Origin: Mobula hypostoma
Lineage: Eukaryota
Direction: 5' to 3'
Length of the DNA stretch: 64,000 nucleotides
NCBI RefSeq assembly: GCF_963921235.1
Contig: NC_086108.1
Coordinates: 36,582,001 to 36,646,000, forward strand
In this document: in pieces, positions 23,946-35,174 of the stretch
Numbering within the stretch: position 1 is the stretch's first letter
Layout of the letters: each line of letters starts with the position of its first letter
Translations under genes and position numbers: made by a program
Notes under the pieces: generated by a model
Seen by the model: only the letters and a program-made list of their open reading frames with translations
The model's database searches: none
Told to the model about the DNA's origin: nothing

Positions 23946-24344
23946 TCAGTAGGCCTAGAGATTTAATCTACTTCAGACTTCTGGTTGCAAATTGCTTCCA
24001 TCCTGTCACTTGAATTCCAGTGTTGGACCACACGGTCATTGAGGAAGGGTTTATTCCTGGGAGTTCTTCTCTTGTTGGCCATTTAATTATCCGCTACATT
24101 TCATGAGTAAATGTAGAGGTGAAACAGACATTCTGAAAGTAAGGACTGGGGATGCAGTTGGAAATGAATATTTGCTGCAGAATTTCAGAAGTAGACCCAT
24201 ATTTTAGAGGATGAAGTGATTTATCCATATTTACAAGACATTTGATAAAGTTTATTGGTATCTATGGTGGTGTATGAAATATAGCAATACTCTCCCAGGG
24301 CTCCTACAAGTGTAATGAACTATTTATGTATTCCCAAAGCATCA

Positions 24345-26754
24345 TAGAACCATAGAACCATAGAAACTACAGCACAGAAACAGGCCTTTTGGCCCTTCTT
24401 GGCTGTGCCGAACCATTTTCTGCCTAGTCCCACTGACCTGCACACGGACCATATACCTCCATACACCTCCCATCCATGTATCTGTCCAATTTATTCTTAA
24501 ATGTTAAAAAAGAACCCGCATTTACCACCTCGTCTGGCAGCTCATTCCATACTCCCACCACTCTCGGTGTGAAGAAGCCCCTCCTAATGTTCCCTTTAAA
24601 CTTTTCCCCCCTCACCCTTAACCCATGTCCTCTGGTATTTTTCTCCCCTTGCCTCAGTGGAAAAAGCCTGCTTGCATTCACTCTATCTATACCCATCATA
24701 ATTTTATATACCTCTATCAAATCTCCCCTCATTCTTCTACACTCCAGGGAATAAAATCCTAACCTATTCAACCTTTCTCTGTAACTGAGTTTCTCAAGTC
24801 CCGGCAACATCCTCGTAAACCTTCTCTGCACTCTTTCAACCTTATTTATATCCTTCCTGTAATTTGGTGACCAAAACTGAACACAATACTCCAGATTCGG
24901 CCTCACCAATGCCTTATACAACCTCATCATAACATTCCAGCTCTTATACTCAATACTTCGATTAATAAAGGCCAATGTACCAAAAGCTCTCTTTATGACC
25001 CTATCTACCTGTGACGCCACTTTTAGGGAATTTTGTATCTGTATTCCCAGATCCCTCTGTTCCACTGCACTCCTCAGTGCCTTACCATTAACCCTGTATG
25101 TTCTACGTTGGTTTGTCCTTCCAACGGGCAATACCTCACACTTGGCAGTATTAAACTACATCTGCCATTTTTCAGCCCATTTTTCCATCTGGTCCAAGTC
25201 CCTCTGCAGGCTCTGAAAACCTTCCTCACTGTCTACTACACCTCCAATCTTTGTATCATCAGCAAACTTGCTGATCCAACTTACCACATAATCATCCAGA
25301 TCATTGATATAGACGACAAATAACAATGGACCCAGCACTGATCCCTGTGGCACACCACTAGTCACAGGCCTCCACTCAGAGAAGCAATTCTCTACCACCA
25401 CTCTCTGGCTTCTTCCATCGAGCCAATGTCTAATCCAATTTACCACCTCTCCATGTATATCTAGCGAATAAATTTTCCTAACTAACCTCCCATGCGGGAC
25501 CTTGTCAAAAGCCTTACTGAAGTCCATGTAGACAATATCCATTGCCTTCCCTTCATCCACTTTCCTGGTAACCTCCTCGAAAAACTCCAACAGATTGGTC
25601 AAACATGACCTACCACGCACAAAGCCATGTTGACTCTCCCTAATAAGCCCCTGTATATCCAAATGCTTGTAGATTCTGTCTCTTAGTACTCCCTCCAATA
25701 ATTTACCTACTACTGATGTTAAACTCACCGGCCTATAATTTCCCGGATTACTTTTCAATTCTTTTTTAGACAACGGAACAACATGAGCCACTCTCCAATC
25801 CTCCGGCACTTCATCCGTAGACAGCGACATTTTAAATATTTCTGCCAGGGCCCCCGCAATTTCAACACTAGTCTCCTTCAAGGTCCGAGGGAACACTCTG
25901 TCAGGTCCCGGGGATTTATCCACTTTAATTTTCCTCAAGACAGCAAGCACCTCCTCCTTTTCAATCTGTACAGTTTCCATGGTCTCACTACTTGATTCCC
26001 TCAATTCCATAGATTTCATGCCAGCTTCCATAGTAAATACAGACGCAAAAAACCCATTTAAGATCTCCCCCATTTCCTTTGGTTCCGCACAAAGCCGACC
26101 ACTCTGATCTTTAAGAGGACCAATTTTATCCCTTACAATCTTTTTGCTCTTAATATACTTGTAAAAGCTCTTTGGATTATCCTTCACTTTGACTGCCAAG
26201 GCAACCTCATGTCTTCTTTTTGCCCTCCTGATTTCTTTCTTAAGTATTTTCTTGCACTTCTTATACTCCTCAAGCACCTTATTTACCCCCTGTTTCCTAT
26301 ACATTTCATACAACTCCCTCTTCTTCTTTATCAGAGTTGCAATATCCCTTGAGAACCAAGGTTCCTTATTCCTATTCAAATTGCCTTTAATCCTGACAGG
26401 AACATACAAACTCTGCACTCTCAAAATTTCCCTTTTGAAGACTTCCCACCTACCAATCACGTCTTTGCCAGAGAACAACCTGTCCCAATCCACGCTTTTT
26501 AGATCCTTTCTCATTTCTTCAAATTTGGCCTTCTTCCAGTTCAGAACCTCAACCCTAGGACCAGATCTATCCTTGTCCATGATCAAATTGAAACTAATGG
26601 TGTTATGATCACTGGAACCAAAGTGCTCCCCTACACAGACTTCTGTCACTTGCCCTAATTCGTTTCCTAACAGGAGATCCAATATTGCTTCCCCTCTAGT
26701 TGGTCCCTCTATATACTGATTTAGAAAACTTTCCTGAACACATTTTACAAACTC
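24345..26754 (-). mobile_element. CR1-clade LINE, 5'-truncated, young; ORF2 has one in-frame stop
   Basis: ORFs 25156-26775 and 24424-25131 are in the same frame, split by TAG. Motifs [30 protein letters not shown] and FADD. (CATAGAAC)n tail. Possible TSD CATCA at 24340-24344 and 26754-26758. Confidence 0.95.
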
Positions 26755-27939
26755 ATCAAGATAAGTAGATATCAAAAAATGTTAATGCACCATTGTTAAT
26801 CTAACAAATCCATGATTAATTATCATGTAACAGCAATCCCAGTTTACTGCAATAAAAATTAATGCAGGCCATTGCATGTGGGATATAAAGCAGTTCAGAG
26901 TCAAAGACATGAAGTGGTGTTGAAATAGGCAAATATACAGCCAAGGGAGACCTGAAACCTTTTATAGACTCTGAAAAAGCAACCAAAGCCAAAAACAATT
27001 TACTTAATGGTGTATACGTATTCAAAGAGATTAACCTTTGGCCAACTGCCTTCTGAGCTGTGTAGTTTAAATTTAGGGCATCTCAAGATTTCTTGCTCAT
27101 AGTCCATGAGATTACAGGTCTGTGGGTCAGAAGAGCTAATGTAAAACATGGCAGCAGATGAGCTGGTGAGTCTCTTTAAGGGCTGCAGGAGAAAGGTTAC
27201 TAAGGGGGAATGCGGGTTGAGGAACAAAAAGGGAAAGGCACTATCACAACGCACGTGGCCAGTACTATTACAGATGGAAAAAGGTGTAGAACTCAATAGG
27301 GTTGTGGGCGTCAACCTGATATGATGGAAGATGGTGTGCTGCTCCTCAGGCTAATGTTGGACCTTGTTATAACAAGGCAAGGAGAGGGATGGATTATTAA
27401 GGTGAGGGGCAAGAGGAAGCTCCGGGTTAGCCTGACAGACTGAACACACGTGCACCACGATTTCTGACTTTATTTCTCCACTGTTAGGGAATTTCCTTTT
27501 CCACTCAGACCCAGGTATTCATTAGGAGACTCTTTATTTATGTGACATGGGGAGCCGTCCCTCCAGAGAGCAACGTCTCCACTTAAAATCAGCACACACA
27601 CTCCCTTTATGGGTAATTCTAACAGATATAGTTTGTTCAACAGTTCCATATTTGGTATTGTTCTAAGCAAGCTGGAGGGTAAAACACTTAAGTCGGGTAG
27701 CCTCGTTGTGTACAACAGTAAGCTAGAGGGCACCACCATGTAATCTTCTGTCTACACAGTAGGGCAGAGGGCAGTTTTCTGTTGATCCAGGCATTTAACA
27801 ATACAGACACACATTTCTATAGTCTCGCAAAGGTATTTACCCAACCCAGTTGGCCAAAATCCTCCACCTCCACCCACGTAGAGATGAACGCATAATGAAC
27901 TCTGAATAAGCACACTAGTTGGAAAAGTGCGAGAGAATT

Positions 27940-29440
27940 ATTGCTACTTTACTAGCTTGGGCTGGATGATAGAAAGAGAGGAGGGGAAGTTGATGCGCCT
28001 CTCATGAGGTTGCATGGGAAAGTATTGTAAGTTTGAGAATACAAGGAGAGAGGAGTGGAAAAGATGGCCTCTTTGAAATGCTGACAGTAGAGGAGGGTAT
28101 GAGAATAAAATGTGGCTGCTGATAGAATCATGCGGAATGTGCAAAAACTGAGAATGCTGATCCCTTAATTGTGGAGAACAGTGGAGTGGAAGGCAAGGAT
28201 GAAGGAAACTATGGCTATGATTTGGGCAGCAGGAAGATATCTCAGAGGCAACTGTGTGAAATATCTTAACAGTGGAACAAATGAAATGGAACTGAAATCC
28301 TGACAGGAGGCAAGGTGGGAGGAAGTTTAGTCCAGATAGTTGTGAGGTCTGTGGGCTTGTAAGGGATGTTTATCATTGGTCTGTCTCCCAAGATCTAGAA
28401 AAGGGAAGTTAAGGAAATGAGAGTTCTGTAAGAATGAGGAAGCCACAAATATTGGACAAAATAGGAGATGGTAGAAGAGGCCCTGATTATAGCTGAAGCG
28501 AGGACAGTTCCATGTGAGTTCTACATGAGTTCCTACAGGAGCTCTCAGTCATACCCATGTGTGAGCGGATGGAGTTGAAGGAGAAGCTGCCCAACACAAG
28601 ATTGATTGTGTTGAGGGCACTCAGACCCTCTTGGTATAGTTTTGGGCATCCTTGGTAAAGATGCACAGGGTGGACTAGAAAATTAGAAAATAAAGTAGCA
28701 GAGGGTGACAGAGGTTTCAGAGATGGGAAAGCATAGGAGCAGGGGAGAAAGAAAGGATTTAAGGTAAGAAGATATGAGTTAGCTGAAGCAAGAACAGTTT
28801 AAAACAAGGCAGTGCAGGCTTCGGGGACTAGAGGATGGTAGGTCGAAAGGGAAGATCTCCTGAGGATATGGCTAATGACCACTAAGGAGACAATGATGGC
28901 TGGTGGGCCATGGTCCAGAGGTCCAGGATGTGTCTCAGAGCTGATGTTTGGCCTCAGAGACTAGTTCAACAAACCACAACAACCTAATCCTTGTCAGTGC
29001 AGTTGATGTTAATGTCTGGGCTGGTTCCCAGTGAGCCAAATGCTACAAGTTCAAAAGAGGGTAGAAAAAAAGAAAGCATCATCAACAGTTAGCAATGAAT
29101 AGATTGACAGAGGACAGGAGGCCAGAAGGAGAGGTCTAAGTGAATTGGGGACTCTGGAGTCTGGAGGAAGTCTGGAGTCTTGAGAAAAGACCCTGGGACA
29201 AAGGAATTGGCACAGAGACAAAGTATCACTCCAGCCTTAAACGTCTTTAAAATGTGAATGTGCGTGGGGGGGTTGGAGAGTGTCAAAAGTCAAGCTATGC
29301 TGAGGACTGTTCATCTGGGGTCAAAAAGAGGCCGATTAGGAGGGATGGTCAAAACACAGTTACAGGGTCAGACTGGAGGAGGGAGAAAGATAGGGTCAGA
29401 GGAAGGTAAAGGAGAAAGGTTGGGAGGGGTATTCTGGCAT
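27940..29440 (-). mobile_element. Old Penelope-like element body, heavily decayed
   Basis: Purine-rich + strand with remnants resembling the other Penelope copies (e.g. ggagttgaaggagaag and a GIY-YIG-adjacent segment near 27960-28030). No intact ORF. Confidence 0.4.
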
Positions 29441-29679
29441 CAAAAAAAAAATTGTGTCACCTAGACAACACCAATCTCCTTTAACATCCAATCCTTTCCC
29501 TTTGCAATTCAAAAGACATTTTTTCTCACTTACTCATCTGTGCACAGAATCATTGGTCAAAAAACAGAAACCCTGTATCATTCTCCACTGAAGCTGCCCG
29601 ATAGGCTGCATATTTCCAAAATTTCTGGTATTATATCACAGTTTAGATATTGATCAGAGTATCTGCTTCTATTGATGAG

Positions 29680-30900
29680 AAGGACAAATCCAATCCAAGT
29701 AATTAGCCTATCCATTGCCAAGCATCAGGAAATAATGGAGGCTGTTGTTTACAGGCACTTACTCTCCACTGAAGATCTGATCACCTCTGTCTCGTTTGGT
29801 GCCACTAGGAACTTTTCACTCTTAACATCATCACAGCCTCGGTTCAAGCAAAGATCAAAGAGTTGATTTCCAGAGCTATGTGAGAGTGCCTGCAACTAAC
29901 ATTGAAGCATTGAAAAGACTGAATGAAACTGAACCAATTGGCATCACAGGGAAACTCTCAAATGGTTGGAATTTACCTCACCTTACGTAGTGGTTGTAGA
30001 GGATGGTGAGTGCCATTTTCAATCACAGAGCCTCATGGCAGGAATTCCTTGGCTTTGCACCTTGGGTCGAATTGTCTTCTGTTACGGTACTTCATCAACC
30101 ACTGACTACCACCATAATGTTAGGGTTTACAGACGATTGTCCAATGTTGAATTCTATTCTCAAATCTTCAGCAAATGAAGCAGTCCATAAATATATGCAG
30201 CAAGACTACAAGACTACAACACCAGGTTCCCGTGTATAAATGTTAAAATGCAGTGAACACCCAGGGGATGAGGGTGATGGCATAGTGTTCAGAGGAGAGT
30301 GAAAAATATTTGTACTATGAAAGTGCCAGAAGTGAACATGTCCACCAAGAGTGTCTAACTACCTATCCTTGACGTTCAATGGTGTTCTTGTTGACTCTCC
30401 CACAATCAGCATTCTGGGGATCCCCAATGAATGAGCAACTTAAGTGGACTAGTTACACAAATATAGTGGTGACAGGGGGAAGTCAGTGTCTATGTATTCT
30501 ATGATAAGTAAATGAGTGACCTAATTTCTGACACACCCCCACGGCTGACGCAGAATGGCTTGTCATCTACAAAACACATTGCAATGTCTTCCTCAGGTAC
30601 TCTGATAGCTCCTCTCAACTCATGATCTCTATCACCAACTAGGCAAGGACAAACGTCACGTGGGAATACCAGTATTTGTATGTTCTCTTCAAGTTGCACA
30701 TAGTCCTGACTGAAATATATCAACATTCCTTCATTTTGATTGTTCAATATCCTAGAAATCTCTACCCAACAACGTTGTACAGTATCTTCACTAGAAGGAC
30801 TGCGATGATGTATGAAGTTGGTTTGCCATCAGCACCTCAAGGACAGTTGGGAATGGGTTAATATAGGCGGGATGCCACTGATACCCAGAATGTAAAATAA
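29680..30900 (+). mobile_element. Old LINE (CR1/L2 group) ORF2 and 3' end remnant
   Basis: Remnants of NP.NY..SL, .MEAV, LITA.VQ and LDI.A motif DNA. The 3' end ctcaaggacagttgggaatggg...ccactgatacccagaatgtaaaataa resembles a LINE tail. Confidence 0.5.
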
Positions 30901-31353
30901 GTGTGGGGAAACATAAAGGTTGTATCAGGAGAAAGAAATGCAGAAATATTTCTTTTATATCGTACAAAAGCAAATAATATGCCAATAAAACAATAAATCA
31001 GACAGGCCAAGAAATCAGAAAAGATTGTGGGGCCTGCAGAATCCTATTATGCGTTTAAGGTATGGTCAATATGTTACTGTTTGAGAAATTCCACGCCTAA
31101 GCTTATTTTCTGGGGGCATATTTGAATTCTACCATAGCAACTGAGGATGTTACATTTGGAAGGTAAATCAGGGACTGATGTCCGGATCCAGTGAAAAAAA
31201 TTAAGACTAAATATTATAACTTGCAAGCATCAGGTGTAACTTCTGGTGTTCTGTTTGAGCCTCGATTCTATATTTAAATTTTATTTTTCAAATTCACCAT
31301 AAAACAATTTGTGTGTTTTAAAATTACAGTGTGTGCTTTTGCTTGGGTTTCAG

Positions 31354-31433
31354 GCAGCTCAGCACCGTTGTGGATTTACCTCTGTTTGGTTTGCATTAGC
31401 ACAGCGAGAAGCGAGATCAATGATCACCTCCAG
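31354..31433 (+). CDS. Candidate host exon (80 nt), signal-peptide-like SSAPLWIYLCLVCISTARSEINDHLQ
   Basis: Acceptor CTTTTGCTTGGGTTTCAG and donor CAG/GTAGGA. Open frame, phase-compatible with 22327-22434. Confidence 0.3.
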
Positions 31434-31848
31434 GTAGGAGCATATCGTCAATAAAATTCATTAGCATTTTACTGTGGAATATTACATCCATCTGTGGTAG
31501 TCAATGTTTCAATAGCTTATGGCTCGCCCCAGAATTGTCAACAACTGGAGATTTAACTCAGTCCCCAGTGTGAATTAATTTAAAACAACAAAAGGTTTAT
31601 GAAGGAAGGTGGTCAGTTGCAGTACAAGGTAGAGCAACTGCACTGAATTCATCACAGCTGCTGCAGGTATTGACATATCTCTTATACTGAGCCAATTAAT
31701 TTATCTATTGAGGGTTTTCTGGTAATGCCTGGCATCAGCAGGATGTTCAGTGGTAGACACTGAGACTAATGACTATCTTCAAACGTCTCACTCATTTTAA
31801 TGAATGCTTTCCTTGATAAACTTAACATTCTAGTTCAGATTCAAGTTC

Positions 31849-32618
31849 TTTTTTCAAAAATTTTTTTATTTTTATTGAAGGAATGACACAATACAGAATA
31901 TATAATGGATTACATTTTCCTCCATTTTGCTTTAATATCGTACCCCCAAAACAAACCTCCCCCCACCCACCCTCCCCGAACACATCATGGCACCTAATAT
32001 ATTTACAACACAACAATTCATAAATAAAAGTATGGACATTTCACAACCATACCCCCTCTACTTCAAGATGACGGCTCACACACATCTGCAACATGTCAGA
32101 TGATCCAAAATACACTCATATTTACAATTCATCAACCACCCTGTGAGGTAAATTATAAGTGTGTTAAATGGGAGGCAACTTCCCAAGTACAATCAAATGC
32201 CCTCAACTAGTAGTTAATTCCTTAAGACTCCCAAAATATGATAAGAAAGGTCCCCATTTCAAATAGAACTTTTTCACAGACCCCCTCAAAGTGGATTTAA
32301 TCTTTTCTAATTTCAGAAAAAACATTACATCTTCTAACCAAGCAGCAGCAGTTGGGGGAGTGGCAGATTTCCAAAGCAGCAAAATTCTCCTATGGGCCAA
32401 TAGCGATGTAAAGGCAATGATATCCAACTGGCTTGCATTTAAACCCAAATCATCATCTGCCACACCAAATACAGCTATAAGCGGGCAAGGTTTCAGTGTC
32501 ACCCCCAAAACCTCACTGATAATTTTAAAAACCAGTGCCCAATAGTCATCAAGCCGAGGGCATGACCAAAATGCATGTACTAAACCAGCCGGAGAGAAGG
32601 AACACCTGTCACAGCCAG
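31849..32618 (-). mobile_element. 5'-truncated copy of the same L1 family as 6361-12201
   Basis: Reverse complement aligns with ~11404-12170: CDRCSFSPAGL.HAFWSC..ELTTS*, 3' UTR, AATAAA and an A-tail. Confidence 0.95.
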
Positions 32619-32706
32619 AATATATTGGCAAACAAAACAATGTTACTCCAGACCAAAGTGCAGAACACAGTGCACGTAACTCACACATAGCACACAAAAT
32701 GATATT

Positions 32707-32904
32707 GTCTATCTGTCTAGGTACCATATCCAATGCGGACTTTGGTGACCATGGTTTTCCATATAGATCTATCCTTCGTTTTTTGGATGACATCCATTTC
32801 CTCGATGTGTAGCCACCTGGCTATGCTTTTGATGTACAAAAGCCGAGGTCTTCCTCTAGGTTTGCTCCCCTCAATCTTTCCAGAGAATATGAGTTTTTCT
32901 AGTT
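32707..32904 (-). mobile_element. RTE-clade LINE 3' fragment
   Basis: Minus strand reads LEKLIFSGKIEGSKPRGRPRLLYIKSIARWLHIEEMDVIQKTKDRSIWKTMVTKVRIGYGT*, an RTE-type C-terminus, with a TAGA/CAGA tail. Confidence 0.8.
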
Positions 32905-33189
32905 ACCACAAATAAATTAACAGATAATAAAATGCATTTATGACACAAGTTAAAAAGTAAACAGTACAGTGCTTGTGGCACTTCATATGTGAAATGCATG
33001 AAACAAAATGCCAATACATTTTCAGTACAAAGGATCATTCCAATCTATTCACAATTTAGTGGAATACAGCTACTGAGTTATTATGTGTTTATAATTATCT
33101 TACAGTTAAATAGTTAAACGCATCATTATCACTGATGAGTCCTCCTACAGTGACTGGCTCCAAGTTTGTGAAATCTGCTCCCCTGCCTT

Positions 33190-33560
33190 ATGTTTGACTT
33201 ATCCTGAAGCATTCATACCTGGCCTTTCTCATTGCCTAAACGTGAGATCACCCAGAATCTGATTGATGCCTTTCCTATCAGTGCTTTCTGACTTAAGTTG
33301 ACTTGCAGTTAAGCAGCAGCTCAACTTAAAAATTCTCCCCATCATTTTCAAATTCCTTCATCTCCTCCATCTTCCCTATCTCTCTGAGCACCTCCAACCC
33401 TGCAACCCAATGAAGCATTAGTGCTTGCCTAAATCCAGTCTCTAAATCTTTCCCACTCCACCATAGTGACCATGCCATTGGCTGCCAGAAATCCCCTGCC
33501 TCCTTAGATCACTCCATTTAATTCCTTCATCTTTCTCCATCATGCTTCTGGAAATCTGCC
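33190..33560 (+). mobile_element. Old L2-like LINE 3' remnant
   Basis: ttaaaattctc...ttttcaaattcctt...ccctatctct...ctccaacc...ccatgcc resembles the L2 ORF2 C-terminal KIL..FK.L..P.YL region. Confidence 0.4.
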
Positions 33561-34690
33561 CAAATATAGTAAAGGATTTCCAGTGAAATAGATGTTGTCT
33601 GAAAACATTTGAACTTAATGATGCGAGTGGTTCTGCTAATAATGGTTAGTTATGAATCTACACAATAAATACAATAAATTGTTAAATATTTTATGCATGT
33701 TCATGGTACTTAATTACTTTTAAATAAGGCATGAAAATAACTTTTGAAAATTACATTGAATACACGGGTTCAAAATTGATTCATTATCTGTAACCTGAGC
33801 ATGGCTCAGATCTTTGTGATTTTTACTTGAGTTCTTCTTCTGTATTTTCTAATGTGGTCCAGCCCCATTTATTGCTTAATACTATGTTTAGCTGGTTGCT
33901 GCTTTAGTTGCATTTGCCATTGTGTAGGCATAACAGTTAACAATATGTTAGTTTGATACATTTAAAGTTGAAATTTCAAAGTAAAATTTATTATCAGAGT
34001 ACATATATGTCACCACATATAACCCTGAGATTCTTTTCCTGCAGGCATACTTAGCAAATCTATACAACGGTAATTGTAAACAGGATCAATGAACAACAAA
34101 CTGTGCAAATGCAGATATAAATAAATAGCAATAAATAACGAGAGCATGAAATAACAAGATAAAGAGTCCTCAAAGTGAGACCATTGGTTGTGGGAACACC
34201 AGAAGAAGAGTGAATGCAGTTATTGCTTTTGTTCAAGACCCTGACGGCTGAGGGTTAGTAACTGTTCTTGAACCTGGTGGTGTGGATTCCGAGGCACTTG
34301 TACCTTCTACCTGATGGCAGCAATGAGAAACAAGCAAGGCTTGGGTGGTGAGGATCTTTGACGATGGATGTTGCTTTTTTACGGTAACGTTTCATGTAGA
34401 TGTACTCAATGGTTGGGAGGATTTTACCTGTGATGTACTGGGCTGAATCCACTTCCTTTTGAAGGATTTTCCACTCAAAGGCATTGGTGTTTCCATACCA
34501 GGGCATAGTGCAGCCAGTCAGCACACTTTCCAACACACATCTATAGAAGATTGCTAAGGTTTTGATGACCATGCCGAATCTCGACAGAGTCCCGAGGAAG
34601 CAGTGGTGCTGTCGTGCTTTCTTTGTAATAATACTTATATGATGTGAGATAGTGACAACCAGGAATTTAAAATTACTGACCCTCTCCATC

Positions 34691-35162
34691 AGATAGGCGA
34701 TTCTGTGGACGCAGTCCAGAGACTCGGATGGTAGTTTGCCTCCCTGGTGCCAGGGTCCGGGATATTTCTGATCGTGTCCAAGATATCCTGAAGTGGGAGG
34801 GTGAAGAGCCAGAGGTCCTGGTACATATAGGTACCAATGACATAGGTAGGAAAAGGGATGAGGTCCTGAAAGAAGAATATAGGGAGCTAGGAAGGGAGTT
34901 GAGAAAAAGGACCGCAAAGGTAGTAATCTCGGGATTACTGCCTGTGCCACGCGACAGTGAGAGTAGGAATGCGATGAGGTGGAGGATAAATGCGTGGCTG
35001 AGGGATTGGAGCAGGGGGCAGGGATTCAAGTTTTTGGATCATTGGGACCTCTTTTGGCGCAGGTGTGACCTGTACAAAAAGGACGGGTTACACTTAAATC
35101 CTAGGGGGACCAATATCCTGGCAGGGAGATTAGCGGGGGCTACTGAGGTGACTTTAAACTAG
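34691..35162 (+). pseudogene. CR1 ORF1 C-terminal SGNH/GDSL esterase domain (5'-truncated)
   Basis: CLPGA (block II), VHIGTND (block III) and DGLHLN (block V) motifs. The block I GDS is cut off by the truncation. Confidence 0.85.
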
Positions 35163-35174
35163 AATGGTTGGGGG

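Noticed and set aside
32203..32793. 196-aa ORF
   Set aside because: Runs across RTE, spacer and truncated L1 pieces; an artefact of nesting.
34255..34950. 231-aa minus-strand ORF
   Set aside because: Chance read-through from antisense CR1 ORF1 into the decayed Rex ORF across the insertion junction at 34690.
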